The notes beneath the pieces are model-generated. The model worked only from the letters and a program-made list of their open reading frames with translations. It was not told where the DNA came from and did no database searches. Of a stretch of DNA of 64,000 nucleotides, positions 38,972 through 49,354 are shown in pieces. Position 1 is the first letter of the stretch. Each line of letters begins with the position of its first letter. Both the position numbers and the translations under genes were made by a program. This DNA is from Acidimicrobiia bacterium UBA4744 (lineage in GTDB: Bacteria; Actinomycetota; Acidimicrobiia; Spongiisociales; UBA4744): assembly GCA_002403855.1 (NCBI GenBank), contig DHIO01000050.1:16598-80597 (forward strand). Direction: 5' to 3'.

Positions 38972-39295
38972 TTTGTCTGTCTCTCTCTGTCCGGCGACCC
39001 CGATGTGGTGGATGGTCCCATGCACCGGATGGCCCGCCGCTTGGTGCCTTTCGCCCCTAGTTTCGGGTACCGGCGCCTCGCACAATGTCTCAGATGAGTC
39101 CAGCCTGACCGTCTGCCGTGCAGAAGTCAACATTTCCCAACAGAGACGGCAGAAAGGAACATCGCCGACAATGCATATTCCGCCTGTTAGAAGGGAGGTT
39201 TTGATTTTGAGGCGGCATCCGGCTGGAATAGACTCGCCCCTGTTGGTTTGTGTTCGGAAAGTCCGACCGCCCCAGATCAAAGGAGGAAGGGACAC

Positions 39296-40648
39296 ATGAC
39301 TCCGGAGAAACCCAGATCCCCGCTACTCAAGGGACTTCCGCACGTCACCAGACGCCAGGTGTTGAAGGGAGCCGGCGCTGCGGCCGGTCTGGCGGCCTTC
39401 CCCACGCTGCTGGCTGCCTGCGGCGATGATGAAGGTGCGACCACTACCGCAGCTGGTGGTGGCGGCGCGCCGAGCGGCACCCTGACCATCGGCTCCAACG
39501 CGTCTGACGAGCTGACCAAGAATGCCTACGGCGAAGCCTTCACCAAGTTCTCCGAAAAGACCGGGGTTGAACTCGCCATCAACACCGTCGACCACAACAC
39601 GTTCCAGCAACAGATCAACACGTATCTGCAGGGCCAACCCGACGATGCCTTCACATGGTTCGCCGGGTTTCGGATGAGGTTTTTTGCCGAGAAGGGTTTG
39701 GCGACGCCGTTCTCCGACGTCTGGAACGACAGTCTGAACGCCAATTACTCGGAAGCCTTCAAGCTGGCCTCGACCGGAAACGACGGAGAGCAGTACTTCG
39801 TACCGTTCATCTTCTATCCGTGGGCGATCTTCTACCGCAAGAGCGTCTTCGCCGACAAGGGGTATAGCCCCCCCACGACGCTGGACGAGTTGAAGGAACT
39901 GGCCGCGGCGATGGAAGCCGACGGGATGGTTCCGTTCGCGTTCGGGAACGACGGCGGCTGGCCGGCCATGGGCACCTTCGACTACCTGAACCTGCGCACG
40001 AACGGTTACCAGTTCCATGTGGACCTGATGGCCGGGCTCAAGTCCTGGGAGAGCGATGAGGTCAAGCAGGTCTTCGCCACCTATGCCGAGTTGCTGCCTT
40101 ACCACCAACCCGGGGCACTGGGCCGGACCTGGCAGGACGCAACGATCAGTATGGCCAACGGTACCGCCGGCATGCACTTGCTGGGCATGTTCCTCGGCGA
40201 CGCTCTCATCGACCTTCCGGAGGAACGGGAAGACCTCGACTTCTTCGCCTTCCCGGAGATCAACCCGGATTACGGCCGGGAGTCGGTAGAAGCCCCGATC
40301 GACGGCTTCATGATCTCCAAGGAGCCCAAGAACATCGACGCCGCAAAGGCGCTGATGGCCTTCATGGGTACGGGTGAAGCTCAGGACTACTACACGGCCG
40401 TCAATCCGAACTGGCTGGCGACGGCCAACGACGCCACCACGTCCGGGTACACGCCGCTGCAGAACAAGGCGCTGGAGCTGATCGGCTCGGCCGCCAACAT
40501 CGCCCAATTCCTCGACCGCGACACCGACCCGGGGTTTGCGTCGGAGGTAGTGGGTGTGGCATTGACCGAGTTCATCAACGACCCGTCCAACGTCGATAGC
40601 ATCCTCGCTTCGGTCGAGGAGCAGAAGGCCGGGTACTTCGACGTCTAG
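39296..40648 (+). CDS. sugar ABC transporter substrate-binding lipoprotein (solute-binding family 1)
   Basis: RBS AAAGGAGGAAGG, Tat-like RRQVLKG, lipobox LLAAC, family-1 extracellular solute-binding protein. Confidence 0.85.
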   Translation: MTPEKPRSPLLKGLPHVTRRQVLKGAGAAAGLAAFPTLLAACGDDEGATTTAAGGGGAPSGTLTIGSNASDELTKNAYGEAFTKFSEKTGVELAINTVDHNTFQQQINTYLQGQPDDAFTWFAGFRMRFFAEKGLATPFSDVWNDSLNANYSEAFKLASTGNDGEQYFVPFIFYPWAIFYRKSVFADKGYSPPTTLDELKELAAAMEADGMVPFAFGNDGGWPAMGTFDYLNLRTNGYQFHVDLMAGLKSWESDEVKQVFATYAELLPYHQPGALGRTWQDATISMANGTAGMHLLGMFLGDALIDLPEEREDLDFFAFPEINPDYGRESVEAPIDGFMISKEPKNIDAAKALMAFMGTGEAQDYYTAVNPNWLATANDATTSGYTPLQNKALELIGSAANIAQFLDRDTDPGFASEVVGVALTEFINDPSNVDSILASVEEQKAGYFDV

Positions 40649-40660
40649 AGTTCGGGCAGC

Positions 40661-41617
40661 ATGAGCACAGAGGTTGAAATAGCCACAACGGAAGAGGTGA
40701 GGAGGCCGAAGGCGCGGAAGCGCTTCAGCCTCCTCACCCGCCGTGACGTGGGGATGCTGGTGCTGCTGCTCGGCCTGCCGGCGTTCATTCACATTGTCTT
40801 TGTGTGGGTCCCGGCGATCCTCTCGGTGATTCTGTCGTTTGCCAGATGGGACGGAATCGGAGGGATCGAGACGATCAACTGGATCGGCACTCAGAATTAC
40901 GTAGATATCGCCACCATCTACCCGCCGTTCTGGCCGGCCGTCACGCACAACCTGATCTGGCTCGGCGTCTTCATCTTGATCGCCACCCCGTTCGGGATGT
41001 TCCTCGCCGTGCAACTCGATAAGGAACTGAAGGGCTCACGGTTCTACCAGAACGCCCTCTACGTGCCGGTGGTGCTGTCGCTGGCGCTGGTCGGGTTCAT
41101 CTGGCAGCTGATCTACGCCCCCGAGCAGGGTCTGATCAACAACATTCTGGGACGAACCGATCCCGACAATCTGATCGATTGGTTGGGCAATCCGAGCATC
41201 AACCTGTGGATGGTGCTCATCGCCGCCAGCTGGCGGCACGTCGGCTACATCATGATCCTCTACCTGGCCGGTTTGAAGAGCGTCGACCCGGCCCTCAAGG
41301 AGGCCGCGGCGATAGACGGGGCAACCAGCCGCCAGACCTTCTTCCACGTAGTGTTTCCGGTGTTGAAGCCCATCAACATCGTGATCCTGGTGATCACCAT
41401 CATCGAATCGTTGCGGGCCTTCGACATCGTCTACGTGATCAACAAAGGGCGCAATGGTCTGGAACTGCTGTCGGTGGCGGTCACCAACAACATCATCGGT
41501 GAGGCCAGCCGCATCGGATTCGGCTCGGCGCTGGCCGTGGTGCTACTGGTGATCTCTCTCGGAGTGATCATTCCGTATCTGTACCGGACCTTCCGAGCCG
41601 AGGAGAAACCCGCATGA
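40661..41617 (+). CDS. sugar ABC transporter permease (MalF/UgpA-like)
   Basis: 6 TM, EAA motif region (LKEAAAIDGATSRQTFFHVVFP). Confidence 0.85.
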   Translation: MSTEVEIATTEEVRRPKARKRFSLLTRRDVGMLVLLLGLPAFIHIVFVWVPAILSVILSFARWDGIGGIETINWIGTQNYVDIATIYPPFWPAVTHNLIWLGVFILIATPFGMFLAVQLDKELKGSRFYQNALYVPVVLSLALVGFIWQLIYAPEQGLINNILGRTDPDNLIDWLGNPSINLWMVLIAASWRHVGYIMILYLAGLKSVDPALKEAAAIDGATSRQTFFHVVFPVLKPINIVILVITIIESLRAFDIVYVINKGRNGLELLSVAVTNNIIGEASRIGFGSALAVVLLVISLGVIIPYLYRTFRAEEKPA

Positions 41618-42528
41618 CGGCGGTCGGCGAGACCCGCGACGTGGCTGCCAACAAGGCAGGCACCGGACAAGTCCGGTCCAAGTGGCGAACCCGTGGGTTG
41701 CAGCTGTTTCTGCTGGTGACGGCCCTGGTGTGGCTCACGCCTCTGATCTGGGCCTTCTACACGTCGTTGCGTCCGTATGCTTCAACGGCCGTTGAGGGAT
41801 ACGTCTCCATCGGCGGCGAGTACAACTTCGACAACTACCTCAGCGCCTGGGAAGACGGCGAGATGTGGAAGTTCTTCGTCAACACGCTGATCATCACGGT
41901 GCCGGCGGTGATCCTGACGTTGTGGCTGGCCTCGATGGCCGCCTTCGCCCTGTCCCGGTTCAGCTTCCGCTTCAACCTGATTCTGCTGATGCTGTTCACC
42001 GCCGGCAACCTGCTGCCCCAGCAGGTCATCATCACGCCGCTCTACCGGATGTTTCTGTCGATTCCGCTACCGGACTGGCTGGCCGGCAGCGGAGTCATGT
42101 TCGACAGCGCCTTCGGGATCGTCACCATTCACGTGGCTTTCCAGATGGGATTCTGCACGTTCGTCCTCAGCAACTACATGAAGGCGCTTCCACCCGACCT
42201 CAACGAGGCCGCCTTCGTGGACGGCGCCTCGGTCTGGCGCCAGTACTGGTCGGTGATTCTTCCACTGTCTCGACCCCCTCTGGCGGCGCTGGCCACGCTG
42301 CAGTTCACCTGGATCTACAACGACTTCTTCTGGGCGCTGGTGCTGATGACCACGGGAGCCAAACGCCCGATCACTTCAGCCCTGCAGAACCTCAGCGGGA
42401 CGTTCTTCACCGACAACAACCTGATCGCGGCCGGATCACTGCTGGCGGCCGTCCCCACGCTCATCGTGTTCATCATCCTCCAGCGGCAATTCGTTGCCGG
42501 ATTGACCCTGGGGTCGACGAAGGGGTAA
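41614..42528 (+). CDS. sugar ABC transporter permease (MalG/UgpE-like)
   Basis: 6 TM, EAA motif (LNEAAFVDGASVWRQYWSVILP). ATGA overlap with the upstream permease. Confidence 0.85.
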   Translation: MTAVGETRDVAANKAGTGQVRSKWRTRGLQLFLLVTALVWLTPLIWAFYTSLRPYASTAVEGYVSIGGEYNFDNYLSAWEDGEMWKFFVNTLIITVPAVILTLWLASMAAFALSRFSFRFNLILLMLFTAGNLLPQQVIITPLYRMFLSIPLPDWLAGSGVMFDSAFGIVTIHVAFQMGFCTFVLSNYMKALPPDLNEAAFVDGASVWRQYWSVILPLSRPPLAALATLQFTWIYNDFFWALVLMTTGAKRPITSALQNLSGTFFTDNNLIAAGSLLAAVPTLIVFIILQRQFVAGLTLGSTKG

Positions 42529-42531
42529 GAG

Positions 42532-42596
42532 GGTTTCAGGTTTCAGGTTTCAGGTTTCAGGTCTCAGGTTCGGGTTTCAGGTTCCGGGTTCCAGGC
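42532..42596. repeat. degenerate heptanucleotide tandem repeat (GGTTTCA)x~9
   Basis: ggtttca ggtttca ggtttca ggtttca ggtctca ggttcg- gtttcag gttccgg gttccag. Fills the 49-nt gap between the convergent permease and GH97 genes and overlaps the last 4 codons of GH97. Confidence 0.85.
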
Positions 42597-44613
42597 GCGC
42601 GAGGAAGCCGCCGGCCGGTTGCATCACCAACCGGAACCGATCGGATGGCCGGACCGATCCGGTCTTGGAACGCCAAGCGCCATCGTCTGCATCGGTGACG
42701 ACCAGGCTCGGAGCGGCTGAGGTCAAGAAACCCAGCGGGAGTTCCAGATGCCTGGCCTCCTGGGTGCCGTTGATTCCGGCCAGATACCACGTGGACCCCG
42801 TCCGGCGGGCCAGAACGACGAACTCGCCGGGGAAGCCGTCGACAAACAGGGTTTCGTCCCAGGCAGCCGGTATGTCCCGAAGCAGTTCACGCACAAAAGG
42901 AGGGCTGGACTGATAGGACGCGACGCCGTCGGCGTAGTGAAGCAAACCGGACTCAAAGAGCACCGCCAGCGCCAGTTCATGGCCGTTGGTGGTTTGGTGG
43001 GGGAAAAGGAAGTCACCGAACGTGACCGGGGTGTAGTCCATCGGGCCGACCACGTTGCGAGTGAAAGGCAGAATCGTGTTGTTCCAGACGGCGGTTTCTG
43101 GGAAGTGTTCGTCGAAACCGTACTGTTCGGCCCCTCGCACTGCTTCCATAGTCATGAGGTTCGGCCAGGTCCGGCGCCAGCCTCGCGGAACCGTACAGCC
43201 GTGCAGATTGACCATGAGCCGGTGCTCGGCGGCGTCGGCGAGGATCTCCCAGTAGAGCTTGATCCCCGTTTGCTTGTCGCTGTGGAAGAAGTCCACCTTG
43301 ATGCCGGCGACCCCCCAGTCGGCCAGTTTGGCGAACTCGGTCCGCCGGGCTTCGGGGTCGTACATGCGGTCGCGGGGCTGTTCCATCACCTCGTTGTGGG
43401 GCCCGCCGGAGTTGTACCAGAGCCATACCCCGACCCCCTTCTCCCGGGCCCTTTGGATGAACTGCTCGATCTCCGCATCTGAGTGCACGTCCCAATGGGC
43501 GTCGAGGAGCGTGTACTCCCATCCCAGTTCTGCTGCCAAGTCGACAAAGGGCTCGACCAGGCTGAGATCTTGGGGACTGGATCGATCGGACCACCAACTC
43601 CACGACACCCTCCCCGGCTTGATCCACGATGTGTCAACGATCGCGCTGTCGCGGCTGAGGTGGGTGATCAGGCCGGTTTCGACGATGGTCGCCGGAGAGT
43701 CGCCAACGATGATGACCCGCCACGGAGTCTGCCACGGCAGGGTGCTCTGCGGTTCGACTTCGCCAATCCCCAAACCCTCGCCGGGATGGGGCGGCACCAG
43801 GCCGTACTCACGGCCGATGGGCGCGGCGCTCAGGTGAGCACCGAAGTAATCGGGGGACAGGTCTGCTTCGGCTAGGAGGACCCACACTTCACCCGTCTTG
43901 AACAAGGCCGGCATGTTCCACGACGCCATCCCGGTGGCAGTGCCGATCGCCACACCGTTCTGATAGGCAGCCTCATACGCGGGCGTCGCCCAGCCGGGCA
44001 GATCGTGCTCTTGGATCCAAGCTTGCCCCTCATCTGCGAAGTTGAAGGAGGTGAGTTCGTCGTTGATGGTGTGGAAGGTGTCGTCTCGATTCGGGAACCG
44101 GTATCGGAATGCGATGCCGTCGTCGTAGGCGCGCAGCACGATCTCGACCGGTTCTCCGTTGGGCGAGGTGCACTCGAGGACCAGTTGCCTACCTTGGGCG
44201 GTCATGGCCCGCCGTTTTCCGTAGATGAGGAGGTAGTGATCGTCGACGGTCACGGGGGCGGACGGGGGGGCGACGGTGAGCTGCGAGAAGTCGTGATCCG
44301 ACCGGCGCAGGCCAAGCCGCGAGGATTCCAAAACCGGCCGGCCATCGTAAACAACCCGGTAGTTGAGTCGGCCTGGAACGTCAAACGAGGTGGCATCCGT
44401 GGTGACCTCCACAGTCAGGCCACCGCTCCTGCTCGTCAGCTGCAGCGTTGCACTCAAAATGGCTTCCCTGTCGAAAGGCGGATCGTAGCGCTCGCGCTGC
44501 GACGCCCCGTCGGTAAATCGCCGGGGAGAGTAAGCTCGCTCACCCGGATTCTGCAGCGTGAGCGGGAGCCCGGATTCGGATGGTGAGAGAGGAACCAGGA
44601 TGACCGGACCCAT
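42577..44613 (-). CDS. glycoside hydrolase family 97 (alpha-glucosidase/alpha-galactosidase-like), cytoplasmic
   Basis: GH97 N-terminal beta-sandwich (LQLTSRSGGLTVEV...YRVVYDGRPVLESSRLGL), TIM-barrel region with GIKVDFF, C-terminal domain. Start uncertain: ATG 44613 overlaps the divergent ABC gene start (44600) by 14 nt. Confidence 0.7.
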   Translation of the reverse strand: MGPVILVPLSPSESGLPLTLQNPGERAYSPRRFTDGASQRERYDPPFDREAILSATLQLTSRSGGLTVEVTTDATSFDVPGRLNYRVVYDGRPVLESSRLGLRRSDHDFSQLTVAPPSAPVTVDDHYLLIYGKRRAMTAQGRQLVLECTSPNGEPVEIVLRAYDDGIAFRYRFPNRDDTFHTINDELTSFNFADEGQAWIQEHDLPGWATPAYEAAYQNGVAIGTATGMASWNMPALFKTGEVWVLLAEADLSPDYFGAHLSAAPIGREYGLVPPHPGEGLGIGEVEPQSTLPWQTPWRVIIVGDSPATIVETGLITHLSRDSAIVDTSWIKPGRVSWSWWSDRSSPQDLSLVEPFVDLAAELGWEYTLLDAHWDVHSDAEIEQFIQRAREKGVGVWLWYNSGGPHNEVMEQPRDRMYDPEARRTEFAKLADWGVAGIKVDFFHSDKQTGIKLYWEILADAAEHRLMVNLHGCTVPRGWRRTWPNLMTMEAVRGAEQYGFDEHFPETAVWNNTILPFTRNVVGPMDYTPVTFGDFLFPHQTTNGHELALAVLFESGLLHYADGVASYQSSPPFVRELLRDIPAAWDETLFVDGFPGEFVVLARRTGSTWYLAGINGTQEARHLELPLGFLTSAAPSLVVTDADDGAWRSKTGSVRPSDRFRLVMQPAGGFLARLEPGT

Positions 44614-45610
44614 TGTGCGCGTCGAGAACGTCGTCAAGACGTTCGGGGAGACCGTGCGCGCTCTCGACGGCGTCAGCCTCGAATTCGAACCAGGCATTGT
44701 CTATGGGTTGCTCGGGCCCAACGGGGCGGGAAAGACGACCTTGATTCGAGTTCTTACGACTCTGTTGAAGGCCGACTCCGGATATGCCGAAGTTGCCGGT
44801 GTCGACGTGCGTGCCGATCCGGTGGCCGCCCGTACCCATATCGGCCTGGCCGGCCAGTTCGCGGCTGTCGACGATTACCTGACCGGCCGGGAGAACGTAG
44901 AGATGGTCGGTCGCCTCTACAACCTTTCGGCGGAGGAAGCGAAGCGGCGAGCCGGAGAGTTGTTGGAGCGGATTCATCTCGACGATGCCGCCGACCGGAC
45001 CGTCCGAACATACTCCGGCGGAATGCGACGCCGCCTCGACCTGGCCGCCTCGCTGGTCGGCCGACCGCAGGTCCTCTTCCTCGACGAGCCGACCACCGGC
45101 ATAGATCCCCAGAGCCGTTTGGACCTCTGGGAACTCATCCGGGATCTGATTGCGACCGGCACGACCGTCCTGCTCACCACGCAGTATCTCGATGAAGCCG
45201 ATCAGCTGGCCAATCAGATCGGGGTGATCGACCGGGGCAAGCTCATCGCGCAGGGTACCGGGGACGGGTTGAAGGACAGGATGGGCGGATCGGTGATCGA
45301 ATTGCACGTCGCCGACGACGAGAGAGACCGGACTCTTGAAGCTCTTCGAGCCATCTCCCACGAAGCCAGTTTCGAGACGGCCCGCAAGAGCATACGGCTT
45401 CCCGCTCCGGACGGATCACTGACGCTGCTGGCCGTAGTTCGGCGCCTGGACGAGAGTGGAATCACAGCTCAAGACGTGGCATTGCACAAACCGACTCTCG
45501 ACGACGTGTTCTTGACCTTGACAGGGCGGGGCGCTGCCGAAGCGGAGGCCGAACGGGAGTCGACCAAACAACCGGGACGGCGGGGACGGCGGGAAAGGAG
45601 CGCAGTCTGA
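44600..45610 (+). CDS. ABC transporter ATP-binding protein (ABC-2/DrrA-like)
   Basis: Walker A GPNGAGKTT, signature YSGGMRRR, Walker B LFLDEPT; RBS GAGAGGAA. Confidence 0.88.
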   Translation: MTGPIVRVENVVKTFGETVRALDGVSLEFEPGIVYGLLGPNGAGKTTLIRVLTTLLKADSGYAEVAGVDVRADPVAARTHIGLAGQFAAVDDYLTGRENVEMVGRLYNLSAEEAKRRAGELLERIHLDDAADRTVRTYSGGMRRRLDLAASLVGRPQVLFLDEPTTGIDPQSRLDLWELIRDLIATGTTVLLTTQYLDEADQLANQIGVIDRGKLIAQGTGDGLKDRMGGSVIELHVADDERDRTLEALRAISHEASFETARKSIRLPAPDGSLTLLAVVRRLDESGITAQDVALHKPTLDDVFLTLTGRGAAEAEAERESTKQPGRRGRRERSAV

Positions 45611-46497
45611 TGGCGACCGCGACGGAAGCTGCTCGTCCTTCACGGATCAGCCCCGCTCACACCATCAAAGACATTGCAGTCATCACGAAGCGGAACCTGC
45701 TGCGGAACATCCGCCTGCCCCAGCTTCTGATCTTCGCAACGGTTCAGCCGGTGATGTTCCTCCTTCTCTTCAACTACGTGTTCGGAGGTGCGATCGGCGG
45801 AGCGATTCCCCCCATTGCCCAAGGCGAATACATCAACTGGTTGTTGCCGGGTCTGCTGATCCAGGTGGCGGCATTCGGGGCCGGACAAACCGCGCTCGGT
45901 CTCACAGAGGATCTTTCCAAGGGAGTGATCGATCGGTTCCGGTCGCTGCCCATGGCTCGGTCCGCCGTGCTGGCGGGACGGACGCTATCGGATGTCATTC
46001 GGAATGGGTTCGTAATCGGGCTGATGGTGGTGATGGGATTCCTGATGGGCTTCCGCTATCAGACCAATTTCCTTTCTTTCGTCGCCGGTCTGGCCGTGGC
46101 GATGGTGTTTTCGTATTCGCTCTCGTGGATCATGGCTACCATCGGACTGGCGGTGAAGAACCCCGAGGCGGCCCAATCCGCCGTCTTTCTCCCTGTGTTC
46201 CCACTCGTGTTCGCCAGTTCGGTGTTCGTTCCCACCCAGACGATGCCGGCTTGGCTGCAGACCTTTGCCGAGAACCAACCGATCACGGTTACCGTCAACG
46301 CCCTGCGGGGTCTGATGCTGGGGCGTGAGGCGCTCATCGACTACCAGCCGGGGATGACCGCCAATCAGATTACCCAGGCGGTTGCCGAAGCCCCAACGGT
46401 CGAGGGTCAGGTGCTGCAGTCGCTGGGCTGGGCGGTGGCCATCATGATTGTCTTCGTACCGCTGGCCATCAGGGTCTATCGCAAAACGGTGAGCTGA
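45610..46497 (+). CDS. ABC-2 type transporter permease
   Basis: 6 TM, ABC-2 family layout; 1-nt overlap with the ATPase stop. Confidence 0.8.
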   Translation: MATATEAARPSRISPAHTIKDIAVITKRNLLRNIRLPQLLIFATVQPVMFLLLFNYVFGGAIGGAIPPIAQGEYINWLLPGLLIQVAAFGAGQTALGLTEDLSKGVIDRFRSLPMARSAVLAGRTLSDVIRNGFVIGLMVVMGFLMGFRYQTNFLSFVAGLAVAMVFSYSLSWIMATIGLAVKNPEAAQSAVFLPVFPLVFASSVFVPTQTMPAWLQTFAENQPITVTVNALRGLMLGREALIDYQPGMTANQITQAVAEAPTVEGQVLQSLGWAVAIMIVFVPLAIRVYRKTVS

Positions 46498-46562
46498 CCA
46501 CAACTCAAGATTCCTCCAGAGGATCGCGCCCACAAAGGCGCCGGTCTGCAACCACCCGGGGC

Positions 46563-47504
46563 GTGTGCGGTTCGCTACTGTCCGGGGGACTGGAAAGGGA
46601 AGAGTTGGATTCAGGGCCTTGGTACGCCGGCATCGAAGCGGGCGGTTCGAAATGGAGGGTGGGGGTAGGCCGATCGCCGGCCGTGATTGCCGACGACACG
46701 ATCACCACGACCAACCCAGACTCGACGATATCCGCGTGTGTAGAGGCCATTCGCGGCATGGGCGTGCCCATCGACGGAGCCGGCATAGCCTCATTCGGAC
46801 CGCTCGACCTCAATCCGACGTCGCACACCTATGGATTCATCAAGACAACCCCCAAGCCGGGTTGGAGCAACACCGACGTGAAGGGCCGAATCGAACGGGA
46901 ACTGGGCATCCCGGCAGCGATCGAAATCGACGTGGGCGGAGCGGCGCTCGGTGAAGCTTGGTGGGGAGCCGGCCGCGGGCTCGACTCATTCGTCTACGTG
47001 ACCGTGGGGACCGGTATTGGAGCTGCACTGCTGCGTTCCGGACGAACCTCCCATGAGCACGGCCATCCCGAGATGGGTCATATCAGTGTCGAGCGGGAAA
47101 CAGAGGATGCCTTTGCGGGAGTCTGCCCCTTTCACCGGAGTTGTTTGGAGGGTATGGCGGCGGGTCCGGCCATACGGGCCCGCTGGGGAGTACCGTCAAC
47201 CGAGTTGAACGACCGCGCCGAGGTGTGGGACCTCGAAGCAAGGTACCTTGCCCAAGGTTTGGCGACGTATGCCTACACGCTGGTCCCGCAGCGGATCATC
47301 GTCGGCGGTGGCATCATGCAGCAGCCCGGATTGCTCGAGTTGGTGCGGAAGCGACTCGCCGAGCGAATCAACGGTTACGGTCCGGCGCCACCGGACGTGG
47401 AGTCATTCGTCGTTCCGCCCGAGCTGGGCCAGGACGCCGGCCTGATCGGCGCGATTGCCCTGGCTCTGGACCGCTTTGAGACAACAACCGTTCGTCCACC
47501 TTGA
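46563..47504 (+). CDS. ROK family sugar kinase (glucokinase/fructokinase-like)
   Basis: N-terminal ATP motif GIEAGGSKW, ROK signature, Zn site CxCGxxGCxE-like (GVCPFHRSC). Confidence 0.75.
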   Translation: MCGSLLSGGLEREELDSGPWYAGIEAGGSKWRVGVGRSPAVIADDTITTTNPDSTISACVEAIRGMGVPIDGAGIASFGPLDLNPTSHTYGFIKTTPKPGWSNTDVKGRIERELGIPAAIEIDVGGAALGEAWWGAGRGLDSFVYVTVGTGIGAALLRSGRTSHEHGHPEMGHISVERETEDAFAGVCPFHRSCLEGMAAGPAIRARWGVPSTELNDRAEVWDLEARYLAQGLATYAYTLVPQRIIVGGGIMQQPGLLELVRKRLAERINGYGPAPPDVESFVVPPELGQDAGLIGAIALALDRFETTTVRPP

Positions 47505-47526
47505 GGCACTCTGGAGAGCGATGCTC

Positions 47527-48360
47527 TCACCTGTTTTGAATACGCTCAATGGCGCCCGCCAGGCCGGGAGCAGGCACGGCATCCCTGAAACCGGCCAGGC
47601 GCTGGAAGATCTCGGCGGCTGCCTCGTGGAAGCCGCCGGGTAGCCCGGCTGCGATGAAGGTGGCTGCAATCTCTTCCATTTCCGGCGCGAAACGCCACGC
47701 CTTCAAGGCGCTGCGAGCCACCCCTTCGCTTCGCCCGACCAGTTCCGGGATCGAGGTGGTCCACTCGTTCACGAGCTCCTCGGCTACATCCTCCGCTTCG
47801 GCGAGGGTCCTGATCGCCAGCAGCAGTGCCGCGGTGCCCTTGGTCCATGCGGCGTAGCAGATCTTGACGGCGGACGCCGAACCGGGGCGGTGGTCGACCA
47901 GCCGGGTCTCGATCACGCTCCCTTCAAAGAGCGAAGCGATCGGGGCCGTGTTCGGTCCGGAGAGATAGAGGCGCGTCGTACCGGAACCGAGCGCCGGAGG
48001 TCCCACGATTCCACCATCTACAAACGTGACCCCGCACGACGTCAGGTTGTCATCAATTCGGCGTGCAGACTGTGGTGCTATCGCGTTGGCGTCGACGTAG
48101 ATCCCGTCGAAGGTCAATCTACCGACGGACGTCGCAACATCACCGGCCGCGGCGGGTGGACACACAGAGAACACGACTTCCGCGCTCTCCAGCGCGAGGG
48201 CCAGTGACGACGCTTCGGTGAGCCCCGCGTCGAGGGCACGACTGCGAGTAGCCGGGCTCCGTCCCTCGCTTACCCATTTGACTTCGTGGCCGACGTCGAC
48301 CAGGGCGCGCCCGATTGAGGCTCCCATAGCTCCGGGATGGAGGAGGACGATGGTCGGCAT
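47527..48360 (-). CDS. NAD(P)-binding oxidoreductase (6-phosphogluconate dehydrogenase NAD-binding-like / DUF1932)
   Basis: N-terminal Rossmann IVLLHPGAMGASIG. Confidence 0.6.
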   Translation of the reverse strand: MPTIVLLHPGAMGASIGRALVDVGHEVKWVSEGRSPATRSRALDAGLTEASSLALALESAEVVFSVCPPAAAGDVATSVGRLTFDGIYVDANAIAPQSARRIDDNLTSCGVTFVDGGIVGPPALGSGTTRLYLSGPNTAPIASLFEGSVIETRLVDHRPGSASAVKICYAAWTKGTAALLLAIRTLAEAEDVAEELVNEWTTSIPELVGRSEGVARSALKAWRFAPEMEEIAATFIAAGLPGGFHEAAAEIFQRLAGFRDAVPAPGLAGAIERIQNR

Positions 48361-48406
48361 CCCTGCAGTCTGGCACGGTGGGAGCTAGTACCCGAGTCAC
48401 TCTACG

Positions 48407-49324
48407 ATGTTCGCCGTGAAAGGATGGACTGCAGAACAAGTACCGGACCAATCCGGCAAGACGATCGTGATCACCGGTGCCAACTCGGGGATCGGCTTCG
48501 AGACGGCCCGAGTCCTGGCCGAGCGGGGAGCACGCTTGATCATGGCGGTGCGTCGTCTCGACGCAGGAGAAGAGGCCGCCGCGGCGATCCGGAGCGAAAA
48601 CCCGCCGGCGGAAGTCATAGTCGTGGAATGCGACCTGGCCAGCCTCACCTCAATCGAGCGATTCGCCGGCCGCATTGCCGACACGCTGGGGCCGGTCGAT
48701 GTGCTGATCAACAACGCCGGCATCATGGCGGTTCCCTACGGGACTACGGTCGACGGGCACGAGCGGCAGTTCGGAACGAATCACCTCGGTCATTTCGCTC
48801 TCACCGGCCGGCTGCTTCCGCAGGTACTCGAGTCCGAGAACGCCCGGATCGTCACCGTTTCCAGCGACGCACATCGCTATGGCCGGATCGACCCGGACAG
48901 TCTCAACGGAGACCGCTACCGACGATGGGGGGCCTACGGACGTTCGAAATTGGCCAACCTGCTCTTCGCATATGAACTGGATCGGAAGGCGCGGTCGGCG
49001 CACGCCTCCCTGATCAGCGTCGCGTGCCATCCGGGCTACGCTGCTACGAATCTCCAGGGAAGGGCGGCTCGCGAACAAGGGAAATCGGAGAGGATCTGGA
49101 GAGTCGGTCACCTTTTGGCCCAGAGTGCCGCAGACGGAGCCCTTCCGACGCTGCGGGCCGCCACCGACCCGGTCGCCGAAGGTGGGTCCTACTACGGTCC
49201 TGCTCGCTGGCAGCGGGGGCCGGCTGTGGTCGCGCGATCGAGCGGCCGAAGCCACAACACCGAAACGTCCAAGCGCCTGTGGGAAGTGTCCGAACAACTC
49301 ACCGGTGTTCGTTTCCGCTTCTGA
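48407..49324 (+). CDS. SDR family oxidoreductase
   Basis: TGANSGIG, NNAG, catalytic YGRSK. Confidence 0.85.
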   Translation: MFAVKGWTAEQVPDQSGKTIVITGANSGIGFETARVLAERGARLIMAVRRLDAGEEAAAAIRSENPPAEVIVVECDLASLTSIERFAGRIADTLGPVDVLINNAGIMAVPYGTTVDGHERQFGTNHLGHFALTGRLLPQVLESENARIVTVSSDAHRYGRIDPDSLNGDRYRRWGAYGRSKLANLLFAYELDRKARSAHASLISVACHPGYAATNLQGRAAREQGKSERIWRVGHLLAQSAADGALPTLRAATDPVAEGGSYYGPARWQRGPAVVARSSGRSHNTETSKRLWEVSEQLTGVRFRF

Positions 49325-49354
49325 GTTCCGTTGAGTCCTCTACCCTAGAGGGCT

